A DNA stretch of 64,000 nucleotides, taken from NCBI RefSeq assembly GCF_036321535.1, contig NC_087437.1, forward strand, positions 56,732,001-56,796,000, given 5' to 3'. Position 1 is the first letter of the stretch. The number at the start of each line of letters is the position of its first letter. The DNA is from Camelus dromedarius. Taxonomy: Eukaryota. The notes under the pieces were generated by a model. That model was not told where the DNA came from. It saw only the letters and a list, made by a program, of their open reading frames with translations, and searched no databases. The translations under genes and the position numbers were made by a program. Positions 13,855-27,962 of this stretch are shown here, piece after piece.

Positions 13855-16789
13855 AGGTATGTTTTGAGAAATTCTAATCCTGAAACTTAAGTTCCTCCAA
13901 ATTCATGACTTAAGAAAAATTTGCATCTTAACAAAAACATAAGAGGTGTAGCACTTTAAGAGTATAGATAGATACACACATATGTGTATTTCTTATTTTA
14001 CATGTTCCAAAGTATTAATTAAATAATAAAAAATAAAGATCCATGAGAAATCTCTGAGATTTCCCCTATTTATGAGCTACTTGATCTCTGCTTTTGTGGT
14101 TTGTAATTTGCACAGGAATGAGTACAGTTATGTGCTTACTTTTTCCATTTCATTATTCTTTATTCCTCTACTTTAAACTTTTCAAATATACAAAGCTTTT
14201 ATAATATCACAGTGAAGCATGTTTCCTCTATTTATAGAAGTCTCAGTTACCACAAAGGAAGTAAAATATGTTTTACCTTGCAAATATGCATGACAAATTT
14301 TCTAAAGTGTTAACATCATGGTCTTTGAATGAAAGATTTATTCTTGCTTTGAGTTAATATTTTTGTCATCAGAAGGCACTCACTCCTCTGCGAAGACAAA
14401 ACAGAGTGGCACAGAACAAATTCAACGCAAATGACCTCTCCTAAAACATCAATATTTCTGTTGAAAGAGATGAGTAAAATGTAGAGATAGATATGGATCT
14501 AAAATAAGAACATTAAAAAAAAGCTGTCCTTTACTTCTGCTTATCAACTTCTCAAGCACTTAAGTGATCCTTTTTAAACTTTTATTAATGCTTTCAAACC
14601 ACAAATTCAACAGCTTACTTCCTTTATAAAAGGAATTATAAATACAGGAAGAACAACTGTGATCATAAACACTTTAAATATTATTGTCTCTCTTCCATTT
14701 ATTCATTTGTTAATCTTTTGTTTGGTGCTTACTGTTTGCAAGCATCTGCTAGGTTCCCGCAATACACTGTTCTATAAAAGCTGTGCAGGACCTGCTTTGA
14801 GCATCTCTTCTCTGGTAGGTTTTAAATCTTCATGAGTTACAGATCTTTGATGTATGCATGTTGATGCCCTTTAAAATGTCTAGCATTAAGGTCTGAACTT
14901 ATCTATTTATTTCTTTACATTTTTTAGAAAAAAAAATCTTTTTTTCAGAGGAGATTGTATCTTCTCAGGACAGAGAATGTATTTATTTTACTTGCTTTTG
15001 CAAACCCAATACCTGTAACAGAGCCAAGAACAATCCAGGTATGTATTGGACACTCAATAAATACTTCGTAAATAAATAGATGGATAAATGAATTGTCATA
15101 AAAATCCTTGTCATACGTGTGCCTCATCTACTCCAATCTTTCCTCTTACAGTCAAGACAAGTAAGTGATTCATCCAAGGCCGTACAATTGCCTTGAAGTA
15201 GAATTTATGGCTCTATTCCTAGTAATAAACACTTATTTCTAGGCTAGTAACTTTTGTTTATCTTAGGTAAGTTTTGGTATTTTTGGTGCCTCGTCTAGAA
15301 AGAAGAACCAGTAACACCTACTATGAAACTAAGCTACCTCTCCTGGCTATAAACAGATGAACAAAGCTTGCTAATTTTGTGACTATGGGTTGGCTGCTTT
15401 CCCTCTCTAGACAAAAGTATCTTTATCTGTAAAATAAATTGCTGAAATGAATTATCTGGAAGATCTCTTTTGGTTTTAATATTCTATGAATCTTTGACTT
15501 CTTTTATTCAGTTTATGTCTATGGAAACAGCTATGAGAGCTAGAAGAGAGCTTACGGTGATCTTGTCTAGCACTTCAACAACCTGGGTCTAACACTACCT
15601 TCCTTCTCTAACACCAGGAAAGAAAATGACTTCCCTGGGGGTCACACGGTCAGTGGAAGGACACTGGTGTGAACCCCATTCTTTGACCAAATAGTCCAAG
15701 GTATCTCCCGTCATACTGCAGCATCAACCCAGTAATCACCTCGGTGAGTTTTAGAGATTATATTTTGTTAAACATAATTTTAACTGATTTCACATTTCCT
15801 TTAAGGAAAATTATTCTACTTAGTTACCTTTTTTTTTTTTAAGTGGAACTTAGAAAATTGATTTTTTTTGGACACTGTGCTAGGAAAGACAAAGTGTCAT
15901 CCAACTGCAGCTGTTTGTGAATTTTTCATCAAATCTAAGCCTTTCATCGAATCTAGGCATTGAATGCTGTTTTCTTTTGGAGAAATACAATCTAGTTGGC
16001 ACAGTGAGCACTGAATTTGGAGTCAGGAGAACTGGGCTCTAATCACTGAACTCTGTGAGTTACTAGTTATTTGATCTTAGGTTTTATTTATTTGTGTCCT
16101 CTCTAATAATAATAATTATAATAATAAAAGGTTAGCTTATCAATCTCACAATACAGTTTTAAGAGTTCATGAAGTAGTGACTGGGAAAGCAGTTTGTAAA
16201 CTCTAAAGTTTTTTACAAGTTTCTTAGGAATAAAGTTATTATTTTGAAATTAAAACAAATTCTTAAAGTATTTGATACTCAAATGTAAAATATAATAGGC
16301 CTCCATAAATGTAAATTTATTTTAAACAGTCTGCAACATGGGTTAAATTTTCAAGTGTGAATATAAACTTTAAGAAAAAGACTTGTGGCAAAAAAAAATC
16401 CTTTTTGTCATGTTATTCTGTACATTCAAAATATGGAAGGCATAAAAATATTCTCTGAATTCCAATCAAGTCAGTAAATTTTAGTGTTTTATTAGATTTT
16501 CATAATATATCCTTAATGGAAGTATATTCTCTATAAATTTTCACTGTCATCCATATATATTGAGTAATTGCTACATACCAGCAATTAGTGTATCATTTCA
16601 GTGTGACCCTGTTACTATTAGTGTCTATCAAGTATGTAATTCATTCTGCCTTGAACTAGAGTTATATATTCTCCCTCATTATATATTAATGACCTTTAAA
16701 GAGCCTATTTAATTTAGCATTTAAGAAAAATTAAAGATAATTTAAGCCAGATATTTCTAAGTTAAGAAGCTTAAAAAAAAAAAAAGTCA

Positions 16790-17265
16790 AATGTGGCAGA
16801 AACTGCCTACAAAGAGGCAGTTCTGCCTTTCAGAACTCTGACTTTTCTTTTTTTTTTTTTTTTTTTTTTGTATTTACCAGATAGCAACATGCTCAGGAAA
16901 GATGAACCGTCTACTGCCCCAAGGGTCTAAACCAATCATTGCAACCCATTTCCTTTGCCAGTGATTAATTTAGAGAGGTGCAGAAAACATAGTTTTGGTC
17001 AAGGATTTATAAAAGAGAGTCTGCTGGAATGTTCTGGGAAAATGATTTTCTCCCAATAATAAGAGGTGAAGAGATAAAGGCAATGAAACTGTAACTGTTC
17101 TCCCCCCTCCATTGCTCCCTTTCTTTCTCCTCTACCTGGCATCATTGTCTTACTGAATTAACATGCAGGTTAGTCTCCAAAGTTATTCTTCTACAAGTTT
17201 ATAAATACCTATGGTTGTGCCAAGTGAGTTCATTGTTACTCAGAGCCAAAAGTATCCTAACTGAA
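16790..17265 (+). mobile_element. Degenerate MaLR (MLT1-type) LTR
   Basis: TGTGGCAGA start, CTGCTGGAATGTTCTGGGAAA, and a GTTACT..CAGAGCCAAAAGTATCCTAACTGA end. Confidence 0.5.
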
Positions 17266-19762
17266 AATGGAGTTTATTTGAAGTTAGCAGAAGTTCATTG
17301 TTGCATAAAGCATAGATGCATTGGGTGGGGTATTTTTATTACTATAAGAAAAAAGGATGTATGTTAAATTTGGACAATTAAAGAGGATGTCTAAAGTAGA
17401 TATTTGTGGGGGGGTTTGTCACCCCAAATCATATCTTCTCTCCTATGCCTAGGGACGCCTTCCTCTTACAAAGCAGAGAACTTCTGCTGTGGAAGCCAAA
17501 AAAGTCCCAAATAGTGATTTCCTCAGGCTTCCTTATTAAAGAGATTACAGTATGAGCAGATGGCCTTGTGTCTTGATCCCAATCTGGACTCTGAAAATAA
17601 TGAAAAAGATTTTAAAAAATCTATTTTTCCAAGGGAGGTATTCTGGTGCCTGTAAATCCAGTATTGATGATGTTAATGTTAAAATTTGTAGTTTCTCACA
17701 GTATATTCATGAGAATCATTCTGTGACATGACTTCAGACTTGTTTTGGTTTCAGTCTCTAACACTAGGTCTCCAGTCTTCCTGGAGCTATAAAGTATCAT
17801 TTTGTCATTTCCTTTTCCATTTTAAATTAGTCGTATTTAATTTCTGTTGCTTGCAAAAAAGAGCTTTGACTAATGTATTAAGTGAACTTCTGAGAGCCTC
17901 ACAGGAAATTATTCACAGAATTCAGATACTCGGATGAGAACTTGACTCCTGCTTATTTTAACTGAACCCAGAGATTAAATGTTGAGATTGTGCCTTTTTT
18001 AAAAGAACAGATTCTGTAGAAGGAAGGCAAGTCATGCACACCAGCACCAGCAGAGCAAGGCAGTGAAGTGTCAAAAGAGAGTGGACTATGGCGGCTTTCA
18101 TGCTGAAGTTTTGAGTAAGAAATCACATCCCAGAGGAGAAAAGGGGTGGTTTCCATACAGAACTGAATTTTCCTTTGAAAAACTTTTCAAATGTCTAATT
18201 ACACAAGTTTTGGTGGGGATGAAATAAATAACTATTGTTAAGAGACAAATTAAATTTAGGCAAAGACTGACTGACAGTAGCTAGATAAAGATATCTGAGT
18301 ATTCTTAGAAACATAAAATTACCTTAAAATTGTGAAAATCACTTTATGATTTTTCTCTCTTTTAAAGTTATCCCCATCTTTATCCCTAACCTGTAACTCC
18401 ATGAATACAAGAAGCCTGAACCTTGAAAGTATTTGCTAAAATGAACCATCACAGTATGAACAAGATACAGTGACTATTAAACTCAGAACTGTGTTCCAGT
18501 TAGTATTTTAAAATGCATACAACATAAGCACTATGAGGTACCCACTTCATTACATTGTGATGCTTAAGAAACTATACAATTCCCCATAGAAAGAGAACTC
18601 ATAAACTGGTATATCACAATAAAGAGTAATTTTACATTTAAAATGAACCCTCCCTTAGGCTTAGAGTTTAGGATCATAAAATCTCCGAGTTAGAAAGGAA
18701 CCTTAAAGTCTTCTGGTCTGTTAGTTCCTATGACTTCCTCCACATCGAAATCACTTTGGGAGCTTAAAACATTTTCGGCTTCACCCTTAGATCAATGCAG
18801 CCAGATTTAAGAAATACTAATCCATCTAGATAGCCCCCAACTGCACAACCTTCAGACACATAGTAGATTAAAAATAACAGCAACAAATGTTAATTGACAG
18901 TCTAAAAGTACATGAGAAAGGTCATTTTTGGTAAGTTCCTATTTACTGTTTTGATGAGTTCACAAGAAGCAACATGAAAGAGGAGAGGAAGGAAGACAGT
19001 AGTCAAACAGCTGGAAAGTTGGAAGGATATGGAACATTCAAGTGTTCTTTTGTTTTTAAGAAAATAGTCAAAGCAGCCAACTCTAACACAGTGTAATCTT
19101 TCTTGCATGCAAAATACATTTTGAGAACCTGAGAAGACGAGCTGTGGAAGTTAAGAGGGAAACTTCTAAGCTACTTTTTGCTGCCCTGGAAAAATGTCAC
19201 ATTACTCTATCAATGACAGAATTAGCCATGGAAGAGATCAGGAGATTCAATGTAAATTACATGATTCAGTTCAACTCAGCAAACAGCAGAGTTGCACTGA
19301 AGAAAAGTACACATGACAGAAGGAAAAGAATATGGGGATATGTCAGCCACACAATTTTCTGTCTGTATAGGGAGCTCTCTAGCTCTTATTTCATTGATAC
19401 ATTTTTTCAGCCATTTTATGTGGTACACATTTCCAAGCCTCCATGTTGGATGTCTGTTTCATTACTAGACTATAGAAGAGTCTGAAACACATGTTAAACT
19501 TCAATGCATTTCCTCCTAGAAGGGAATCCGTGATAGCATGCTAAGCTCAATTTTTCAACATATCCAGAAAGTTGACCAACTATGAAATTGAGAAGAGGAT
19601 GGCAAGGGATAAAATTGTCCAAAGATTCTCTAAAGCTGTTGCATTTATTTTATTGTTCTAACTCATAAACATGAACAGATAGGAAATTGGTTCCTTTTGA
19701 GCAAATGCATTCAATAGTTGCTGTATGGTAGGATTTCCTCACTTTTAATAGCTGATTAATAT

Positions 19763-19764
19763 TC

Positions 19765-19800
<36 letters not shown>

Positions 19801-19801
19801 T
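19763..19801. repeat. (TA)n(CA)n microsatellite
   Basis: Seen directly. Confidence 0.9.
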
Positions 19802-19829
19802 AGCTTTTTATCCATTCATATATGATTCA

Positions 19830-20197
19830 TATATGATTTCAGTGAAGGGGGTATGTGCAGTCAAGCACACATTTGGGGAGAGGTTTGCTGCTAGTCACGA
19901 GGAACAGATGTCACTGTTAATGATTTTAGTGCTTTCCTAGATATAAGGAGACGTAAGAATTTGAGCTCATAAAATCTTCTCCTAAAAATACCTAACAATC
20001 TGAAGGCCTGTTCTGCCAGTTTTTCCCAGAGCACAGAGCTCCTCATTTCCTGATCTCCACCCTGAACACCTTTCGGGGAGTGTTGGAGGTCAGCGGCTGC
20101 AGGGGCTTGTGATTTAATCCAGCAGAGGTAGATGGCAAGTGCCAGTGTGATTCAGTCCTTGTAGAGGCAGATGGCAAGTGTCAATTTTTGGTTGGAA
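19830..20197 (-). mobile_element. Partial ERV1-type LTR, same family as 20587-21031
   Basis: Aligns by eye with 20715-21031 (GCAGTCAAGCACAC, GCTGCTAGTCACGAGGAACAGA, GAAGGCCTGTTCTGCCAGTTTTTCCCAGAGCA). Confidence 0.75.
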
Positions 20198-20586
20198 CTT
20201 ACGAGCATATAGTATGCGCTGGGCACTGAGCCAGCGATACTGTGTAAACAAACAACTACGTGCAAGGGCTCCGCCTATAGTCCCAAAAAGCTGTTTGAAT
20301 TTTAACCTGAGATAGGAAATTACTGGGGCTTTTCAGCAGGAGAGTAACATAATTTGGTCTATGTTTTCTAAAACCCAGTTCACACTGGGTAATGATACTT
20401 AGCATGGTAAGTATCACTTTTTGCGAAGTTCTCTTACCACTGTAAAAGTGATTGTAAAAGATACTGTCACGAATTCTCACAGTACTAAGGATGATGAATG
20501 CATTTGCTTGGTATGCAATAAATATTATATTAATTATGTTAAAATAATTATATATACATATAAATACATGTTACTTACATTTATTT

Positions 20587-21031
20587 TGTCAACTGAAAAA
20601 AATACACAATGTGAGAGTTGCGAGTTAAATTTTTGGAAGGGACAAAATGAGGACTAGAGCCCAGAAGACAGCATTTGAGACAGCTCTGAGGAGCCGCTCC
20701 GAAGAGGTTATTATACATGATTTTAGTGAAGGGGGTACGTGCAGTCAAGCACACGTTTTGGCAGAGGGTTGCTGCTAGTCACGAGGAACAGAAGTCACCA
20801 TGAATAATTGTAGTGCTTTTCTAGATATGAGAAGATGCAAGAATTTGGGCTCATAAAATCTGAGAAATCTAACTATCTGAAGGCCTGTTCTGCCAGTTTT
20901 TCCCAGAGCAGAGTGCCTCATTCCTGATCTCCACCTTGAACTCCTTTCAGGGTGTGTTAAAGGTCAGTGGCTGCAGCAGCTTATGATTTAATCCTCTAGA
21001 GAAGATGGCAAGTGCCAATTTTTAGTTGGCA
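20587..21031 (-). mobile_element. ERV1-type solo LTR
   Basis: TGTCAACT...AGTTGGCA terminal inverted repeat. Related copy nearby upstream. Confidence 0.75.
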
Positions 21032-22797
21032 ATGCATTATATTAAGGGTATGAGCCTATATATATGATCTTAATGACATAAGATATTTCATAGATATTAG
21101 AGTTCAGTGTATCCTTAAGATAATCTTAGTAGGACTTATTTTATAGATTATAAACTACTGCTAACCTCCAGAGTTGAGGAGTGACCTGCTAAAGATATAT
21201 TTATTGCCAGATGTTGAGCAGAATCCAAGTTTTAACTTTTTGTTACTGTTAAAAAGTGAGTATTTACCAACTACTGTGCCTGATTAAGAGTACATCATAA
21301 ACCCAGTTTTGTTGAAAATACAATATTCTTACCTTTCCTCATAAAAAGACCATTCCACATGGGAAAGATGGTATATATAAAATAGTCATAGAAGACAAAT
21401 GTCAAATCTTATTACATAGATTCAATCTTATTACATAGATTATTACATAGATTACATATAGTAGTTTAAAGACTGTCCAAGATCTTTGAGAGCCAAGCAG
21501 TTTTTTTTTAAGTTTTAAGCTGTGGTTCTTTAAGTGTTTTTTAGCAGATCTTTGAAATATTTAAATTTTAACTCATCAACTCATAAAATTGACTTAAAAA
21601 AAGACCTAATCCAATCTTGGCCTTTTACAGTTTAGGGCTATGTATCTCTACATTGAAAAATAATTTGTCCAGGATCCCACAAGTTAGTCATGGCTTTGAC
21701 TTGAACCCAGGTCTTTGGCTGGCCAGAAAGATTCCTTCAAATAGAGCAAAGAGTTCAGAGAGCATATGTCTGCCTTGTTTTTACAGATACAAAAAACGGC
21801 TAGAATGTTTTAAGTATTTGTTGATGAGTACATACCTGATCAGCTTTAGAGGCAGGCATTAGATGCTGTGTTGCTCCCTCTTCTTACTTGTTTTAGTCTC
21901 TGGCCTCAATATGTGATCTTTGAGCTACTTTAACTTACTGGTAGTATAATGTATCCCCTGCACCGGGTCTTAAGGAGTTAAAGGGTTATCGAAGGCAATG
22001 CTGAGGGCCAACATCTGCTTTCAGAGATCTGCCTTTAAATCAGGAGAGATGTGAAATAAACCAGGTTCTTTTTTAAAATGTCATATCTTAAAACTCAGGT
22101 TGATTCATATCTGAGGATATTGTTAAATGTGGCACTGTTTTCAATGATGTTTTTCCACGTTGCCATAGAGCCTCGAGATGGACTACGTAGTTCTACATGC
22201 CTTTTGGGCCTTTGTTCTTTGACACTAAATGTATCTCATTGACTTTAAACAGAATATCATAAGTTTTACTAAGTTGAGAAATAGAAAACAGAAAAACTAA
22301 AACATTTCTAGAGTATATTCCTAGAATAAATTCAGATATCTGAACCTATGACATAACTTGTATTCTCATTTATTTGGAGAAGCAAAAGTTTAAGAAAATA
22401 TTATTATTATTTGAATCTTGTTTTCCTCAGAAGAAGTTGCTTCTTTCCTCAAGGAAAAGCAGTTGAAAGGATTTTATTCATCTATTGATTTATTCATTCA
22501 TTCATTTATCACTCTAATGGGCACTTGTCAGATATTCACCAAGAAGGGTCAGGAATCTGTTGAACAGCTCTAATATCTTGATATTTCCAAATTAATACAA
22601 TAAAGATCAAAAGTACATTGAGATAAAAACAGGGTGACCCAGTGTCAAGAAGTCTCATATCCATCATCAACAGCATCTTCAAGGAAACCTATCTAGTTTT
22701 GTTTCTTACAAATTCTGCAGTCAGTAAACTATTTCAGAAAGCACTGCTTTAGAAAAAACTAATCCATGTTCACTCTCACATTAAAAATCAAGATCTG

Positions 22798-22954
22798 TGG
22801 GGGAGGATAGAGCTCAGTGGTGGAGCACATGCTTAGCATGCATGAGGTCCTGGGTACAATCCCGAGTATCACCACTAAAAAATTATTAATAAATCTAAAT
22901 AAAATTAAATGATAAATAAAATCATGTCTGATTAAGCTATTTGCAGGTTTTTTA
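22798..22954 (+). mobile_element. tRNA-derived SINE (camelid Vic-1-like)
   Basis: A-box AGCTCAGTGG, B-box-like GGTACAATCCC and AT-rich tail. TSD AAAAATCAAGA(T/C)CTG at 22783-22797 and 22955-22969. Confidence 0.8.
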
Positions 22955-25174
22955 AAAAATCAAGACCTGGCAGATTGTGTGCAGAATCACATGTTTTTTT
23001 TTCTTTACCAAGACTACCTTTTACTTTATTTCAATGTTTGTGTAGAGGTAACCATTTAGTTCATAAGGGAATGAGCAGAGATTAAAATACATGAACAAGA
23101 AACCCCTGACCATTTTAGTGCCACAATAAATGCAGATACGGTCTTTCTGGAATAATAATAAAAATTAATAGAAAAGTAAAATTCTTTTACAAGACAACAT
23201 GTATTTTCAAGTTTTAAACTAATTTATTAGAAATATACTTTCAGTAGTTTTTCAAAATAAAGTAAAGCCTATCATGAATCTTCATGCATTTAGAAAATAA
23301 AATTAGAGGAGTTCTGAGATGTGAGTGAACTTGAATATCCTTTCCAGAGTTAAGCAACATACTCAGCAGGTACAAAGCAGCAGCCTGTGAACTCTGACTC
23401 GTTCCTGAGGACTATCATTCTTCACTAATATACTTTGCAAATGAAGTTATTAGTTAAGTTTGATTAGCATCATTTGATGGATAAGGAACTCCAAGAAGGA
23501 GAAGAGATATATTTGACTTCTCTCTGATGGATTTGCTTGACTGAGTACCTAGGAGTTTATCACCTCTCTCCTTCCCACTCCTTTGCTGTAACTGACATTA
23601 TTTAGAAACAGTAAAATTGTTTCAAAACACCTTAATGAGATTTTAAATGAGTGTGTAATTTATTGTATAATTATGTTTATCTTCTTTAGAGAAGGGACCG
23701 CATATTTCAGGCTGCCAACTTTTCTGTAATCTGTGCCAGTTTGTGGGGGTAGATAAGCTATGTGTCAGGTTGGTGGCAGCAGGTCATCTATCTTGGTGTC
23801 CCTGCAGCTGTTTGGGGCATTGGAAAGCACTCCAGAATTAGAGACAGGGAACTTGGTTTCTCTGCAACACGGGGAAAAGTTATTTAACCTCAGTAAAACA
23901 GGAGTGATGATAACTTCCTTTCCTTCTTCATAGGACAATTATGTGGGGCATTTAATTATGAACTTAAAATACTTTCTAAATAAATTTTTGGCAGTATTTT
24001 TATTTTCACAAGTATCAGAGAGAAAATTAGGAAGCCAAAGATGATATTTAAGCAGCAGACCCAAGAGTTCTGTTAATAATTAAGAACAAACATAGTAGCC
24101 CCTACCAGAGATGCTACAGATCAAAGGCACCATCTTACCTGATTGGATGAAAGGCTAAGTTAAAATTACACAACCCAACTTGATTCAGAGGTGGGAAGAC
24201 TATTGGATTCTAAGTTTGAATCCCTGATCTCTGATATCAGCTATGTGGCCTGCAGCAAGTTAATGTCTCTCATTAACCCTCTCAAAAAGACAAAGACAGT
24301 GAGCAAAATCACTTCTGATCAACATTTTTAGCTTTCTGACACAGTATCTTCCAGCTCCAACTCCAAACAATTTATATGCCATAATATTATCATTAACACA
24401 AGCAATTTTCTTTCATATTTCTCTTCTGAACGAAGTGAATAGTAGTATCTGAATCCAAATATAACAGATAGATATGGAAGGAATTTAGTTTGTAACTCTT
24501 GAATTAAAGTTTAACCACATAAGTTATTTGTCTTCATTTTAAAGATACTTCAATTAAAGCCCTGAGAGGTTAAATCACTCCCTAACATGATACAACTACT
24601 AAATGTGTGAGTATTATTCATCTGTATTCTACAATCATTTCTCAGCCATCAGTAAAAATTTGTGATAATTAAGCAATCATTGTTTAGATGCTCATATAAA
24701 TGCATGGCCAAAAGGTCTCCAAATTATTAGCCCAAATGTGTTGTACCCTTCTGATATTTTAATTTGAAAAGAACTCTGGCTTGCCATTTGAAATAGCATT
24801 AGCTATGACACTTGAGGCTCCAGGTGTTTTTAAACAGATTATTCAGGTTTGCAGTGTGTGTGAACTGCCTTTTCCATTGGAAAGAAGATTCAGAAGAAAG
24901 ATCTTGGGTTAGCTGAGATCATGTCTCCTGAAACACATACTGAAGAACAATCACTGGCTTCATTTTCGTTGAGTGTCAAGTTTGTTTTCTTTAGTGACAG
25001 TTCTCAATAGTCAATGGAAAAGCCAGAATACATTGCAAATGAGTTTAGTCTCTGGTCTGTCTTTTTTGGAAAGGCACTGATGTCCACGTTGACAAGCAGG
25101 TGAAATTTCAGGAAATCCGAAATGGAAAACTCACATTAAGAGTTTCACAGATTTCTGTTATTTTAAGGTGTTTT

Positions 25175-25207
25175 TTGTTTTTGTTTTTGTTTTTGTTTTT
25201 GTTTTTT
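25175..25207. repeat. (TTTTTG)n simple repeat
   Basis: Seen directly. Confidence 0.9.
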
Positions 25208-26254
25208 TCTCATCCAACTTTGCTCTTCTAGGGAAAGGGAATAAAATTTACAGATGGATGTATTGAATGTGGAGTTCCTGGCCTTCTTAGAGAACTTTGT
25301 AAAATAATTCTTGTCACCCTATTCCCCTGGCTGACACCCCATTGTCTTTCTCCATTTTGCTTTCTCTCTCTTTTCCAGTTCATTATACTGATGCTACTTC
25401 TCATTTAGTGAATTGCATTTCTGTCCCTCAAGCTCTTAAAAATTATTTTATTCCTATTCCTAAAAAAGGAGAGTGTCCAACAAAACTTTCTTGATTATCA
25501 GTAGGAAAGCTGTCTCACTCTTACTCTTGGTTTCTAAAGGAAAAGTTCGATTGCCTGTCTTTGACTTCGTTTACCTTTTCTCACATTGACCTCCCTGTTA
25601 CAACATCCTCACTTTTATCATTAGCACAGTATCTCCTGGGGGTTGGAAGGTTGCACCTACTCTGGTTACAGATTTTTAAGTAGTTTTGTTAAAGACTTAT
25701 ACTGGATGAAAGACAGAAATACGCATCATATTTAGTGTTGTTTTTGTCATATTGGAAGAAATAAAACTACCCTCTCTTACCGTCTCCACCCAAATCTGGA
25801 TAGGTGCTATTCCAGGATTTTCACATATTCCTTTAAAAATTATTTGGAAAAAAATCTGACATAACAAAGCCTAGAAATAAGACAGACATCAAGAAAACAT
25901 GAATTGCATTTTTTTCTTTCCCTTCTCCTATATGTCTGTTACCTGTTAGATTTCACATCAGTCATGGAGTCAAGCAGGAAACTGAGCACCTACAATAGAA
26001 AACAGCAGTATGGATGGGCTGAAGAAATATTGGAGCAAATATTCATAAATGAGATTCCTGGAGAGAGGAAGATATCTTGACATTTAAGTTCTGTGATTGA
26101 AGAAGAGAAAGACAACAAAAGAAATTACTTATTGAAGGAATGGGCAATTTTAAAAGTTCTTTATTAAAGGACATTTCTCAGTCTAAACTAAATTGCTATT
26201 GAGGTAGTTTGGTGGAAAAGTTACCATCACATTGAATTTATTAGACTTTTTTCG

Positions 26255-26348
26255 TTATAAGATAGAAATTGACTCTGGTTATCTGAAGCAGAAGGGGAAT
26301 TTACGTGCGGATGAACTAAAGAGAAAACTTAAGAATTAAACTCAAAAG
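26255..26348 (-). mobile_element. Part of an old MLT1-type LTR, cut by the adjacent solo LTR
   Basis: AGAAATTGACTCTGGTTATCTGAAGCAGAAGGGGAATTTA resembles the antisense 3' end of MLT1. The continuation is found reverse-complemented at ~36370-36677. Confidence 0.55.
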
Positions 26349-26983
26349 TGATACTGGAAAAATGAGGGACACGAGAGGATGGCCATGTCCCAGGTCTCTG
26401 TTGAATCCCTGGGATGAACTCCACCAGCTGAGGGCCCTTGGCTTCGCACAGGAAGAAATTCAAGAATAAGCCATAAAGCAGAGTGAATGTGGATTTATTC
26501 AGAGAGATACATACTCCATAGACAGAGTACAGTCCATCTCAAAAGGCAAGAGAAAGGCCAAGGGGCCTTGGAGATACTCATTCCATAGGCAGAACGTGGG
26601 CCATCTTACTCAGAAGGGAGAGCAGTGGCCTCAGAGCATGGGGTTGGCTGGGAAAAATTAGATCAGCCCAAGGTGTGGGGGTTGTTAGTTTTTATGGGCT
26701 CCATAACTTCATATGCTAACAAGTGGGAGGATTATTCCAACTACTTTGGGGAAGGGGCTGGGAATCCCAGGAACTGGGCCATCACCCTCCCTTTGATCTT
26801 TTATGGTCAGCCTTGAAACTGTCCTGCCACCTATGGGAGTGCCATTTAGCAGGCTATTGTATTTCAGTGAGCAAATAATGAAGCTCAAGGTCTACTGGAA
26901 GTTGAATCTTCCACCATCTTGGTGCTAATTGCTGTGTCATTTTCTTTTAATGGCTGTCCCCTGTCCCCTTCCCTCCTGTCTCA
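26349..26983 (-). mobile_element. MER41-like ERV1 solo LTR (copy A)
   Basis: The reverse complement starts TGAGACAGGAGGGAAGGGG and ends TTTTCCAGTATCA. Strongly similar to 36678-37261 in opposite orientation. Confidence 0.8.
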
Positions 26984-27577
26984 ATGGCATTAAAAAAAAA
27001 AAAAAAAAGTGGGGCTAATAACAGACAAAGGAAAAATTTAACAGTGATTAGAGTCTGGGGTCCCAGAGAACAGTGGACAGACAAAGACTCCCCTCCAGAG
27101 TAGAATCAAAGCCTATTTGATTCCAAGAATGCAAATAACTTCTGCCACCTCGAAAATAGGGGTAGGAAGGTACTATCCATGATAAGACTGCTCAGGAGGA
27201 TTTCTGAATTAAAACAGAATAATGATTATTGTATGTCTAGTATTCTTCCCCTTCTAAATCAGAGCTTGTGAAGTGGTTTCTCTGTCCCTGGTTTAACATT
27301 GTGCAACATGTATGAAGGGGAACAAATAACTAGTTTTATTACTAAATAGGTTATTGGAACAGGAGTCATGTTTGGATCTGAAGAAGAGGAGAGCAATTCA
27401 CCTGAAGATTTAACCAGTATGCAGTGAGTGATACAAAAATCCCGTGGAGGTCTCTGAAGTCCATGGGGAAGAATACACAGATGGAAAACAGATCTAAGAA
27501 TAAAGCAGAAACTGATACATAAAAACAGTGTTATTTTAGATCAGTGGGGAAGGGATAAAAAATTCAATAAATAATTT

Positions 27578-27962
27578 GCCCAGATGCCTTTTAAATACAA
27601 CCCAGAGCCCACACCCCAACTAATTTCTCTATTGGATTCTCATATTCTGGGCTACCATTCACCTGCCTTCATCACCCCAGGTCAGGTGTCAGACAACTAG
27701 AGACAATCCCTATATCCCAGAGCCCAGAGAACCTATTCGAACTGGTCAATCCTACACATGTTTAACTTGCCTTGCCTGTTCCTTCCCATAGAAACCACAA
27801 TAAAGACTCTTCACAATTTCCTCTCTCTCCCTCCTGACTGACCCATGGCTTGGGGTGCCTTTTCTCTTGGCATCTGTAAGTAAAACAAACTATATTTTCA
27901 AGGGCTGTTGTTTCTGTTAGTCTTACCATATCTGAATAATAATAAAAACCTATTTTAAAACA
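27578..27962 (+). mobile_element. ERVL LTR 3' part (MER74-like)
   Basis: CAGACAACTAGAGACA, GAAACCACAATAAAG and CCATATCTGAATAATAATAAAAACCTATTTTAAAACA resemble the recalled MER74 3' end. Confidence 0.6.

Noticed and set aside
22798..22875. tRNA gene (also 40897-40975)
   Set aside because: Degenerate tRNA-like head with AT-rich tail, a TSD on the first copy and a second diverged copy indicate a SINE.
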